Positions 18,002-27,210 of a DNA stretch of 36,914 nt are shown here, piece after piece. Source of the DNA: Deltaproteobacteria bacterium (GTDB taxonomy: Bacteria; JAGRBM01; JAHCIT01). The notes beneath the pieces were generated by a model. It ran no database searches, had not been told where the DNA came from, and worked only from the letters and a program-made list of their open reading frames with translations. The position numbers were made by a program, and so were the translations under genes. How positions within the stretch are numbered: the stretch's first letter is position 1; each line of letters starts with the position of its first letter. Location: NCBI GenBank assembly GCA_026129095.1, contig JAHCIT010000009.1, positions 124,001-160,914 of the forward strand, in the 5' to 3' direction.

Positions 18002-18966
18002 GCGATCTGCGTCTCCAGGCAGCGGGCGACTTCGTGAATCGTCGTCTTGTCGAACCTTTCGGCATAAATGAACGGCACCCGCACCACCGGAACTCCCTGT
18101 GGCCTGAGCTTTTCCACATGGGACGCCTCAACGGCGTGACGCTGGTTCCAGAGCCGCTCACATTCGGTAAGCGCACGGAGAATCCGGTGTTCGGGCGCAT
18201 CGCTTTTCGCCGTCCTGAGGGCCAGTTCCCGCACCTGGGCGGCAGCGGCTTCCTGCTCGGCCGGCACAGCCCGGTCGTGGAGCGCATTCAGAAACGTGCA
18301 ACCGATACTGATCTCCATCGTATCCCGTATCGACTGGATGAACTCCATCGTCTCCACCACCGGCATTTCCTGGGCGATGGTGACGAGATTCAGCTGGGTC
18401 CGGCGGGAATCCATCAGGAAACTGTTTACCCCCCGCGCAACCTGGATGAGCGGCCCCACCTTCACGATATCAATCAGCGTTTGGGGCATCTGGAGGAAGA
18501 AAAGCCCGTGTCCGGTGGGCGGGGCATCGTAAACAATCAGGTCGAACCGCTTGTGTCCGCGCCGGTCCTTTTCCTCGGAAAACCCATGGATCGCGAGAAT
18601 GATGAGCAGTTCCTTCACGCCGGGTGCCGCCGCGTAGGCCATCTTCACGAAGTCGGCATTGAATATGGCCCGCACCACGGTTCTGACCCGCACGATCCCG
18701 GTGATGTAATCCTCAAGGGCCTGGTCGGCGTTCAGCGAAGCGCCCCAGAGATTAGGAAAGATCTCCCGCGGGGTATGCCCCATCGGCGGCACCTGGAAGA
18801 TTTCGTGCAGACGGCCGAACGAGTCGGCCTTGGTGTCGCTCTCGACGAGCAGAACCCGCTTGCCCTTCCGGGCGGCAAGCACGGCCAAGGCAGCCGACAA
18901 TGTGGACTTCCCCACGCCGCCTTTGCCTGAATTGATCAGCAGGGACTTGTCGAGCAGCGGTACCAT
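17998..18966 (-). CDS. ArsA/Get3-family ATPase (first of a tandem pair)
   Basis: SGKGGVGKST, APGVKEL, DAPPTGH, EMPVVET. ATGA overlap with its partner. Confidence 0.9.
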   Translation of the reverse strand: MVPLLDKSLLINSGKGGVGKSTLSAALAVLAARKGKRVLLVESDTKADSFGRLHEIFQVPPMGHTPREIFPNLWGASLNADQALEDYITGIVRVRTVVRAIFNADFVKMAYAAAPGVKELLIILAIHGFSEEKDRRGHKRFDLIVYDAPPTGHGLFFLQMPQTLIDIVKVGPLIQVARGVNSFLMDSRRTQLNLVTIAQEMPVVETMEFIQSIRDTMEISIGCTFLNALHDRAVPAEQEAAAAQVRELALRTAKSDAPEHRILRALTECERLWNQRHAVEASHVEKLRPQGVPVVRVPFIYAERFDKTTIHEVARCLETQIA

Positions 18967-19068
18967 TCACACCCGGCGCAGAAGAAGGAATGCCGGGAGG
19001 CTAACACCAAATCACCCCGCCGCAAAACCGGCAGGGCTTCCATAAATGCCCGCGGGCAGGCGTATCAG

Positions 19069-19398
19069 CTACTTCTTGAAGAAGTTGATAATGCCCTTCA
19101 TCACGTTCTTGTCCGAACCGGCGACCAATTCCAGTTCGCCGTTGTCGAACCCGATGTAGCCGCAATCGTCGCACTTGTCGGCGACAACAACCTTGAAGTT
19201 GAACTCGCTCATGTGGCCGCCGCACTTGGGGCAGCGCATCCAGTGGGTTTCCTTGCGCTTTTGCAGTTCAAGCTGGGCCTTCTCCCTGTCAAGCTTCTCG
19301 CGGAGCTTCGACAACCGTTCGGCGTCCTGCTGCTTGAAATACTCTTCCTCAAGTGAAACGGCTTCCTGGGCGGTCAGTTTTTTCAGGTTGTCAGACAT
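19069..19398 (-). CDS. Small zinc-ribbon (zf-TFIIB-like) protein with an N-terminal coiled coil
   Basis: EEEYF, MRCPKCG...DKCDDCG..FDNGEL. Confidence 0.85.
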   Translation of the reverse strand: MSDNLKKLTAQEAVSLEEEYFKQQDAERLSKLREKLDREKAQLELQKRKETHWMRCPKCGGHMSEFNFKVVVADKCDDCGYIGFDNGELELVAGSDKNVMKGIINFFKK

Positions 19399-19530
19399 GG
19401 CGTTTTGGAGGTGAACCTTTCTTCATCGCGCCCGCCCCGGTGATGCGGACGGTTTGCATTGGCCAATGTGCGCGTCCCGTGGTTTCTTGTCAACGGCTGG
19501 ACCACGAACCCCGAAACCGGATGACTGTAA

Positions 19531-19546
19531 CTGACTCAGCAGTCAG
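19531..19546. promoter_or_regulatory. Palindrome CTGACT-N4-AGTCAG, candidate operator between the divergent zinc-ribbon and ecm genes
   Basis: Perfect 6-bp inverted repeat in intergenic DNA about 105 bp upstream of the ecm start. Confidence 0.35.
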
Positions 19547-19652
19547 CGGGCAGACGGTGACTGTTTTTTCTCCTCTGGACGCCCATGCTAGTTTGTCATG
19601 GCTGTATGGGGCCCCGGTCAACAGGGCTCCTGGGCTGCAGGTACAGGATCAG

Positions 19653-21668
19653 ATGGCAGAGAAAACCGCTTCCCCGAGCCGCAAGCGTGAAAACCCCTGG
19701 GTCATGCGGACCTATTCGGGACATTCATCGGCAAAGGCATCCAACGAACTTTACCGGACCAACCTCGCCAAGGGGCAAACGGGGCTGTCTATCGCCTTCG
19801 ATCTTCCCACCCAGACGGGATACGACTCGGACGACCCGATGGCGCGGGGCGAGGTGGGCAAGGTCGGCGTTCCTGTGTCGCACCTGGGTGACATGGAGAC
19901 GCTGCTGGACCAGATACCGCTGGACCGGATGAACACCTCGATGACGATCAACGCAACGGCGGCCTGGCTGCTTGCGCTCTATGCCGCCACGGCAAAAAAA
20001 CAGGGCGTGGGCCTGAACCTTCTTCAAGGCACCACGCAGAACGACATCATCAAGGAATACCTGTCCCGCGGCACACACATCTATCCGCCGGGCCCATCCA
20101 TGCGGCTCATCACCGACATGGTTGCCTATACGGTGACCGAGATCCCCAAGTGGAACCCCATCAACATCTGCAGCTACCATCTTCAGGAAGCCGGGGCCAC
20201 GCCGGTCCAGGAACTTGCCTACGCCCTCTGTACCGCCATCGCCGTACTCGACGCGACCAGGGCATCCAGAAAAGTCCCCGCCAGCCAGTTTCCCGAAGTG
20301 GTGGGCCGCATCAGCTTCTTCTGCAACGCCGGTATCCGGTTTGTCGAGGAGTGCTGCAAGATGCGGGCTTTCGTGGAACTGTGGGACCGGATTACCTGGG
20401 ACCGCTACGGCGTGCAGGACCCGAAGCTCCGCCGGTTCCGCTACGGAGTCCAGGTGAACTCGCTGGGACTCACCGAAAGCCAGCCCGAGAACAACATCCA
20501 GCGTATCGTTCTCCAGATGCTCGCTGTGACGCTCTCCAAGGATGCCCGTGCGCGTGCAATCCAGCTTCCGGCGTGGAACGAGGCGCTCGGCCTTCCCCGC
20601 AGGTGGGACCAGCAGTGGTCGCTCCGCATCCAGCAGGTACTGGCCCTGGAAACCGATCTCCTCGAGTACGACGACATCCTGAATGGCTCGCATGTGATCG
20701 GCGAGAAGGTGACCGGTCTTGTGGCCGAAGCCGAAGCCGAGATCGCCAAGGTGGAAGCCATGGGCGGAACGCTCAAGGCGGTCGAGAACGGCTACATCAA
20801 GGAGCAGCTTGTCGCATCCAACGCCCGGCGGGTCCGGGCCATTGAGAGCGGCGAAATCACGGTTGTGGGCGTCAACAAGTTCCGGGAAACGGAACCCTCT
20901 CCCCTGCAGACCGGCTCCAGCGACGACATTCTGGTAGTGGACGCATCTGCCGAACGCGAACAGATCGAGCGTCTCAACCGCTGGCGCAGCCAGCGGGATG
21001 CCGCGAAGGTCCGTTCCGCCATCGACAAGCTGAAGAGCGCCGCCGCCGGCGACACCAACATCATGCCCGCCTCCATCGAGGCTGCCCTCGCCGGCGTCAC
21101 CACCGGGGAGTGGGCACAGGCCCTCAGGGATGTTTTCGGGGAGTGGCGGGCCCCGACCGGAGTCTCCGGCGCCCTGCGGGCCATTTCCGGCCAGAAGCGC
21201 TCCGACAAGGAGACAGCAGTGCTGGAGCGGCAGCAGGCGGTTGCCAAGCAGATCGGCCACCCGGTCCGGTTCCTGGTGGGCAAGCCGGGACTCGACGGCC
21301 ACTCCAACGGTGCCGAGCAGGTCGCCGTCGCGGCCCGGAACGCCGGCATGGAGGTGATCTACGAGGGTATCCGCCTGACGCCGGAACAGATTGCCAAGAC
21401 GGCCGTCGAGGAGAACGTGGACGTGGTGGGCCTTTCGATCCTGTCCGGCTCGCACGCCGAACTGGTCCCGGAAGTGATTTCCCGCCTGAGGGAGCGTGGC
21501 GCGGCCGACATACCGGTCATCGTCGGCGGCATCCTGCCGGAGCCCGATCAGAAGCGGCTTCTGGAGGCGGGAGCTGCCCGCTGCTACAGCCCCAAGGATT
21601 ACGAACTGACGGCCATCATGGGCGATATCATTGAACTGGTGGCCTCACGGAACCGGAAGGCCAGCTAG
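19653..21668 (+). CDS. ecm: B12-dependent ethylmalonyl-CoA mutase (Ecm/MeaA), methylmalonyl-CoA mutase family
   Basis: PWVMRTYSGHSSA, GQTGLSIAFDLPTQTGYD, YGVQVNSLGLTE, QLPAWNEALGLP, and a fused B12-binding domain (GKPGLDGHSNG). ATG 19653 preferred. Confidence 0.88.
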   Translation: MAEKTASPSRKRENPWVMRTYSGHSSAKASNELYRTNLAKGQTGLSIAFDLPTQTGYDSDDPMARGEVGKVGVPVSHLGDMETLLDQIPLDRMNTSMTINATAAWLLALYAATAKKQGVGLNLLQGTTQNDIIKEYLSRGTHIYPPGPSMRLITDMVAYTVTEIPKWNPINICSYHLQEAGATPVQELAYALCTAIAVLDATRASRKVPASQFPEVVGRISFFCNAGIRFVEECCKMRAFVELWDRITWDRYGVQDPKLRRFRYGVQVNSLGLTESQPENNIQRIVLQMLAVTLSKDARARAIQLPAWNEALGLPRRWDQQWSLRIQQVLALETDLLEYDDILNGSHVIGEKVTGLVAEAEAEIAKVEAMGGTLKAVENGYIKEQLVASNARRVRAIESGEITVVGVNKFRETEPSPLQTGSSDDILVVDASAEREQIERLNRWRSQRDAAKVRSAIDKLKSAAAGDTNIMPASIEAALAGVTTGEWAQALRDVFGEWRAPTGVSGALRAISGQKRSDKETAVLERQQAVAKQIGHPVRFLVGKPGLDGHSNGAEQVAVAARNAGMEVIYEGIRLTPEQIAKTAVEENVDVVGLSILSGSHAELVPEVISRLRERGAADIPVIVGGILPEPDQKRLLEAGAARCYSPKDYELTAIMGDIIELVASRNRKAS

Positions 21669-21679
21669 GCCGCACTCCT

Positions 21680-23092
21680 ATGGCACGTAAACTTGGCGTC
21701 ATCGTCCTCGCCGCCGGTGAGGGCAAGCGGATGCACTCACCAGTGGCCAAGGTTCTGCATCCCGTCTGCGGACGGCCGATGCTGGACCGCGTGCTGGACG
21801 CCGCCGCCGGTCTGACACCGGGAGAAACCGTGGTTGTGGTCTCTCCGCTCCGGCCGGAAGTGAAAACCCATGCCGAAGGCCGGGGATTCCGGACTGAGAT
21901 CCAGAAAAGGCCTTTGGGTACTGGGGATGCCGTCAGGGCCGGGCTCGCAGGGCTCCGCACGGCGGATGACATCCTTGTGGTCTGCGGAGATACACCACTG
22001 CTCGATACCGGTACGCTGAGGGAGTTCGTGAGGTTTCACCACAGCTCGGAAGCCGCCATATCGGTCCTTACTGCCAACGTGGAAAGCCCTACCGGGTATG
22101 GACGCGTCATCAGGGGCCCCGGCGGAGACGTCGAACGGATTGCCGAGGAAAAAGATGCCACGCGGGACGAAAAAGCCGTCCGCGAGATCAACTCCGGCGT
22201 GTACGTCTTCGGGAGAAAGGATCTCGCCCGCTGGATTGCCGGCCTGCGGCCGGCCAACAGCCAGAACGAATACTATCTCACCGACACCGTGGGCCTTGCC
22301 CGCGGCGAGCATTCCAGGATCGCCGCCTGGAAGATCGAGACCGCCGCCCGCGTGAAAGGCGTCAACACCCAGGCCGAGCGCCGCGAGGCGGAAGCCTGGC
22401 TCTATGAATGGACGATCGGAAAACTCATGGCTGCCGGAGTCGTGGTGGATGCAGGAGTTTCTCCCCGTGTCGATCCGGAAGCGGCGGTGGCGCCCGGCGC
22501 GGAGCTGGGTTCGGGCGTGGAAATCCGTTCCGGTTCAGTCGTCGGAAAAGGCACACGGATAGATACCGGCTCGATCATCGAAAGCAGCTCGGTTGGTGCG
22601 GGCACCCACATCAAGCCCTACTCGGTCCTGTCCGGTTCAGAGGTCGGCAAGGAGTGCGAGATCGGCCCCTTCGCCCGGCTCCGGCCCGGCAGCCGGATCG
22701 GCGACGGCTGCAAGATCGGCAACTTCGTTGAAACCAAGAAGTCGGTCTTCGGCAAGGGGTCAAAGGCGTCGCATCTGGCCTATATCGGCGACGCGAAGAT
22801 CGGGAAAAACGTCAACCTGGGCTGCGGTACGATCACCTGCAATTATGACGGCTACCAGAAGCACGAAACGGTCATCGGCGATGACGTGTTCATTGGCTCC
22901 GATTCGCAGCTCGTCGCGCCGGTCACGGTGGGCCGTGGGGCATATGTCGCCAGCGGATCAACCATAACGGAAAATGTCCCGGCCGATGCCCTCGCCATCG
23001 CCCGGAGCCGCCAGGCGGTAAAGCCTGGCCGCGCAAAAGCCCTTCGCAAGCGGCTCTCCGCCGGAACCCGGCCACGGAAGGCGAAGAAGTAG
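21680..23092 (+). CDS. glmU: Bifunctional UDP-GlcNAc pyrophosphorylase / glucosamine-1-phosphate N-acetyltransferase
   Basis: LAAGEGKRM, LGTGDAV, EYYLTD, GPFARLRP, GNFVETK, HLAYIGD, ITCNYDG and hexapeptide repeats. Confidence 0.97.
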   Translation: MARKLGVIVLAAGEGKRMHSPVAKVLHPVCGRPMLDRVLDAAAGLTPGETVVVVSPLRPEVKTHAEGRGFRTEIQKRPLGTGDAVRAGLAGLRTADDILVVCGDTPLLDTGTLREFVRFHHSSEAAISVLTANVESPTGYGRVIRGPGGDVERIAEEKDATRDEKAVREINSGVYVFGRKDLARWIAGLRPANSQNEYYLTDTVGLARGEHSRIAAWKIETAARVKGVNTQAERREAEAWLYEWTIGKLMAAGVVVDAGVSPRVDPEAAVAPGAELGSGVEIRSGSVVGKGTRIDTGSIIESSSVGAGTHIKPYSVLSGSEVGKECEIGPFARLRPGSRIGDGCKIGNFVETKKSVFGKGSKASHLAYIGDAKIGKNVNLGCGTITCNYDGYQKHETVIGDDVFIGSDSQLVAPVTVGRGAYVASGSTITENVPADALAIARSRQAVKPGRAKALRKRLSAGTRPRKAKK

Positions 23093-23093
23093 C

Positions 23094-24914
23094 ATGTGCG
23101 GAATCGTCGGATACATGGGGCCGCGCCCCGCCGTGCCGGTCGTGATCGAGGGACTCCGCCGCCTCCAGTACCGCGGCTACGATTCAGCGGGTGTGGCCGT
23201 CCATACGGATGGCGGACTCTGCATTGTGCGCGCCACGGGCAAGCTGATCGAACTGGAAAAAAAGCTCGACGCCGAACCTCTGTCGGGACATCTTGCACTG
23301 GGTCACACGCGATGGGCCACTCACGGCCGCCCCAGCGAAACCAATGCCCATCCGCACCGGACCGGCGGCGTGGCCGTCATCCACAACGGCATCTTCGAGA
23401 ATGCCGAGCAGATCAAGGCGCGCCTCACGGGCAACGGCAGCCGGTTTCACAGCGAAACCGACACGGAAGTCCTCGCGCATCTGGTCCATAGCTCCCTGCG
23501 CACCGCGAAAAATCTCGCCGAGGCGGTTCGCAAATCGCTCCAGAAGCTCAAGGGAAGCTATGCCGTGGCCGTGATGTCGGAATCCACTCCCGGCACGCTG
23601 GTGGGAGCGCGAAGCGGCGCGCCGCTCATCGTCGGGATCGGTGAGGTTCCCGGCGAGTACATTCTCGCCAGCGACCTCCCCGCCCTGCTCCCCTTTACCC
23701 GCCGGGTGATCTTCCTGGACGATGGCGACATTGCTGAAATCACACCAAAGGGAATCACCGTCACGACAATGGACGGGAAAAAGGTCCGCCGGGCAGTGAC
23801 GCAGGTCGAAATGGATCCCGTCTCGGCCGAAAAGGGCGGCTACAAGCATTTCATGCTCAAGGAGATCCATGAGCAGCCGGTGGCCGTGTCCGATGCCCTC
23901 ACCGGACGGCTCACGGCCAGGGGACTGTCGTTCCCGGCCGGGAAACTCGACCTCCAGAAAATCGACCGGGTCATCATCCTGGGGTGCGGCACATCCTGGC
24001 ACGCGGCCCAGATTGGCCGCCAGTGGATCGAGCAGCTTGCCCGCCTTCCCGCGAGCGCCGAGGTAGCCAGCGAGTTCCGCTACCGGGATCCCGTGGTCTC
24101 GAAGTCCACGCTGGCCATCGCCGTGAGCCAGTCCGGCGAAACCGCCGACACCCTCCAGGCACTCCGGCTCGCCAGCGAGCGCGGAGCGCAAACGCTGGCC
24201 ATCGTGAATGCGCTCGGCTCCACCATGACCCGCGAGGCGGATGAAACCCTGCTGATGCACGCCGGTCCGGAGATCGGCGTCGCCAGCACCAAGTGCTTTA
24301 CGAATGCGCTGGTATGCCTGCTGCTGGCCGCCATGGAACTGGCCCGGATCCGCCGCAAGCTGGCGCCTGTCGGCCAGCAGCGTATCTTGCGCGAACTGAA
24401 ACATCTCCCCGTCTGGCTGGAAAAGGTTCTCCGGCTGGAGTCCGAGATCGAAAAACTCGCCATCCGGCACCGGGAAGCGCGCAACTTCCTGTTTCTGGGC
24501 AGAGGCGATCTTGCTCCCGTCGCGCTGGAAGGCGCACTCAAGCTGAAGGAAGTAAGCTACATCCACGCCGAGGGTTACCCTGCCGGCGAAATGAAGCACG
24601 GTCCCATCGCCATGCTGGACCGCTCCTTCCCGGTAGTGAGTATCATGCGGAAGGGCGCCCAGCTCGACAAAACCGCTTCCAATCTTGCAGAGGTCCGTGC
24701 CAGGGAGGCTCCGGTCATCGTCATTGCAGACCGTGCCGGCGCGAAGCTTGCCGCCAGCGGAGACGACCTCATCACCGTTCCCGACACCGGCGATCTCGTC
24801 GCCCCCATCATCCTGTCGGTGCCGCTCCAGCTCTTTGCCTATCATGTGGCGGTCCATAACGGCTGCGATGTGGACCAGCCGAGAAATCTGGCCAAATCGG
24901 TCACAGTTGAATGA
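23094..24914 (+). CDS. glmS: Glutamine-fructose-6-phosphate transaminase
   Basis: MCGIVG, YRGYDSAG, GHTRWATHG, SQSGETADT, EMKHGP, PRNLAKSVTVE. Confidence 0.98.
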   Translation: MCGIVGYMGPRPAVPVVIEGLRRLQYRGYDSAGVAVHTDGGLCIVRATGKLIELEKKLDAEPLSGHLALGHTRWATHGRPSETNAHPHRTGGVAVIHNGIFENAEQIKARLTGNGSRFHSETDTEVLAHLVHSSLRTAKNLAEAVRKSLQKLKGSYAVAVMSESTPGTLVGARSGAPLIVGIGEVPGEYILASDLPALLPFTRRVIFLDDGDIAEITPKGITVTTMDGKKVRRAVTQVEMDPVSAEKGGYKHFMLKEIHEQPVAVSDALTGRLTARGLSFPAGKLDLQKIDRVIILGCGTSWHAAQIGRQWIEQLARLPASAEVASEFRYRDPVVSKSTLAIAVSQSGETADTLQALRLASERGAQTLAIVNALGSTMTREADETLLMHAGPEIGVASTKCFTNALVCLLLAAMELARIRRKLAPVGQQRILRELKHLPVWLEKVLRLESEIEKLAIRHREARNFLFLGRGDLAPVALEGALKLKEVSYIHAEGYPAGEMKHGPIAMLDRSFPVVSIMRKGAQLDKTASNLAEVRAREAPVIVIADRAGAKLAASGDDLITVPDTGDLVAPIILSVPLQLFAYHVAVHNGCDVDQPRNLAKSVTVE

Positions 24915-24948
24915 ACCCCGGCCCGTTTGCGGCTACAACACCTCCGGC

Positions 24949-27204
24949 ATGTGGAGTCCCGACGATCTCAACCCCCCGCAGCGGGAAGCAGTCCTTCAGA
25001 CCGAGGGGCCGATGCTCATTCTGGCGGGTGCCGGGAGTGGCAAGACCCGCGTTATCACCTACCGGATCGCCCACCTGATCCACGAACTGGGAGTGGATCC
25101 CTGGGCCATCCTCGCCGTCACGTTCACCAACAAGGCGGCCCGCGAGATGGGCGGCCGTGTGGAAAAGCTGATCGGCCGTCCGCTTCCCGGCCTGTGGATC
25201 GGAACCTTTCACGGTGTGGCCGCCCGGATGCTCCGGCATGAAGCGCCGAATATCGGCTTCAAGGTGCCTTTCAGCATCTATGACGATTCGGAAACCCTCT
25301 CCCTGCTCAAGCGGGTGATTGCGGACCTCGATTTCGATCCGCGCATCTTCGAGCCCAAGCGGATGGCCTGGGGCATTGACCAGCTCAAGAACCGCGGCCT
25401 GCTGCCTGATGACGACTGGGGCGCCGATGAAGATCTTCCCGGCGACAGCCGGTTCCGCCGCATCTATGCCGCCTACCAGGACCGGCTCAGGCAGTCGAAC
25501 TCGATGGATTTCGGCGACCTGCTGCTCCACGTCACCCGGCTTCTCCAGACCGATCCCGTGGCGCGGGAACGATGGCAGCGGGCATTCAGCTATGTGCTGG
25601 TGGATGAATACCAGGACACGAACCTCGTGCAGTACCGGTTCATCCGCCACCTGGCCGAAACACACCGGAACCTTGCCGTCGTGGGCGACGACGACCAGTC
25701 CATCTACAGCTGGCGGGGTGCCGACACGCGAAACCTGAGGAGTTTCGAGGATGACTTCGGGCCACTCCGGGTGGTGAAGCTGGAGCAGAACTACCGCTCG
25801 ACGGCCCCGATTCTCCGGGCCGCCTCGACCCTCATCGCCCGCAACCGCGACCGGAAAGGGAAAACCCTCTGGACCGACCGCAAGGGAGGCGAAAAGGTCA
25901 GATTGTTTCTCGCCGAGGACGAGGCGGCCGAGGCCGATTTCGTCATTTCGGAACTGGTCCGGATGCACCGGGAAAGCGACCGGGAGTATCACGAGTTCGC
26001 CATCTTCTACCGGACCAACGCCCAAAGCCGCGTGTTCGAAGAACAGCTCCTCAGGCGGCACATTCCCTATGTGATCGTGGGTGGAATGCGGTTCTACGAG
26101 CGGGCCGAGATCAAGGACGCCCTCGCCTACGCCCGGCTCGCCGTGAACCCGGCCGACGACGAGGCGTTCCTCCGGGTCATCAACACCCCTGCCCGCGGCA
26201 TCGGCAAGACATCGGTCGAACATCTCATGGAGCTCGCCCGGAAGCACAGCCTTCCCCTCAGCAATGCGATTGGCCGGGCCAGTGAGGCCCTCAAGCCTGC
26301 CGCCGTGAAGAAGTTTGCCGGGTTTGAACGGATCATCGGGCAACTTCAGGCCGAAGTCCCCAGGACCGGCGTGAGGGATTTCATCGAACTGATCTTCCGG
26401 ACCAGCGGGCTCTGGGAAGCCCTCGAAAGCGAGGACACGCCCGAGGCCGAGGCCCGCCTGCAGAACCTCACCGAACTTCTCAACGCCGCCGAGGAGTTCG
26501 AGAAACGCACAGAGGAGCCGTCGCTCTCCCTTTTCCTGGAACGGGTTGGCTTGCTGTCACAGGCCGACACCCTGCCCGAACAGAACGACCGGGTGACGCT
26601 GATGACGGTCCACATGGCCAAGGGACTTGAGTTCCCCGTCGTGTTCGTTACCGGGCTTGAAGAAGGCCTCTTCCCGCTGGAACGCGCCGCCATGACGAGG
26701 GAAGGACTCGAAGAGGAGCGGCGGCTTGCCTACGTGGGCATGACCCGCGCCGAGAACCTGCTGTATCTTACCTGCGCCGAACTGCGCCGCACCTACGGCC
26801 AGATGTTCGTGCGCGATCCTTCACGGTTCCTCAGCGAAATCCCCGAAGACGTGATGGATCTCCTGTCCGAAAGCGGGCGGTCAGTCCGCAAGATGCCGCC
26901 ACGAAGGGCTGTCGCACTGGCCGAACACGAGGAACCACAACTCCCTGCGACACCACCCATCAAGACAAAAACCATCCGGCGCTCACGCCACGAGACCGGT
27001 GAGGACATATCTGCCGGAGCAGCGCCAGGCGGCCCCTCACCCTTCCGGGTCCAGGCGCGGGTGGAACACCCGGTCTTCGGGCAGGGCGTCATCATCGAGC
27101 GCGCTCGCGTCAACGGGCAGGAACAGGTGACAGTGAAGTTCGCCCATGCGGGCGAAAAGAAGATGATGGTCCGGTTCGCCAACCTGACCGTGCTGCCGTC
27201 CTGA
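24949..27204 (+). CDS. pcrA: UvrD/PcrA SF1 DNA helicase with C-terminal Tudor-like domain
   Basis: LNPPQ, AGAGSGKT, TFTNKAA, VDEYQDTN, LEQNYRST, HMAKGLEF, EEERRLAYVGMTRA, and C-terminal RVEHPVFGQG. ATG at 24949. Confidence 0.93.
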   Translation: MWSPDDLNPPQREAVLQTEGPMLILAGAGSGKTRVITYRIAHLIHELGVDPWAILAVTFTNKAAREMGGRVEKLIGRPLPGLWIGTFHGVAARMLRHEAPNIGFKVPFSIYDDSETLSLLKRVIADLDFDPRIFEPKRMAWGIDQLKNRGLLPDDDWGADEDLPGDSRFRRIYAAYQDRLRQSNSMDFGDLLLHVTRLLQTDPVARERWQRAFSYVLVDEYQDTNLVQYRFIRHLAETHRNLAVVGDDDQSIYSWRGADTRNLRSFEDDFGPLRVVKLEQNYRSTAPILRAASTLIARNRDRKGKTLWTDRKGGEKVRLFLAEDEAAEADFVISELVRMHRESDREYHEFAIFYRTNAQSRVFEEQLLRRHIPYVIVGGMRFYERAEIKDALAYARLAVNPADDEAFLRVINTPARGIGKTSVEHLMELARKHSLPLSNAIGRASEALKPAAVKKFAGFERIIGQLQAEVPRTGVRDFIELIFRTSGLWEALESEDTPEAEARLQNLTELLNAAEEFEKRTEEPSLSLFLERVGLLSQADTLPEQNDRVTLMTVHMAKGLEFPVVFVTGLEEGLFPLERAAMTREGLEEERRLAYVGMTRAENLLYLTCAELRRTYGQMFVRDPSRFLSEIPEDVMDLLSESGRSVRKMPPRRAVALAEHEEPQLPATPPIKTKTIRRSRHETGEDISAGAAPGGPSPFRVQARVEHPVFGQGVIIERARVNGQEQVTVKFAHAGEKKMMVRFANLTVLPS

Positions 27205-27210
27205 CGCCCC

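Noticed and set aside
16823-18966. Arsenic resistance operon
   Set aside because: No arsB/acr3, arsC, arsD or arsR, and the proteins are a single-domain heteropair rather than a fused ArsA.
19400-19652. Cobalamin riboswitch upstream of the B12-dependent mutase
   Set aside because: Only an isolated ACTGTAA is present; the B12-box and GGGAA/GCCACTG core elements are not recognisable.
24880-24948. attTn7 site at the glmS 3' end
   Set aside because: The site is empty: pcrA starts 34 bp after the stop and there are no Tn7 ends or tns genes.
19725-26343. Long antisense ORFs (19725-21455, 23184-24857, 24901-26343) and similar ones opposite leuA, dnaK and the 32.5-34 kb gene
   Set aside because: Shadow frames expected from high-GC codon bias, lying opposite well-supported genes and lacking motifs.
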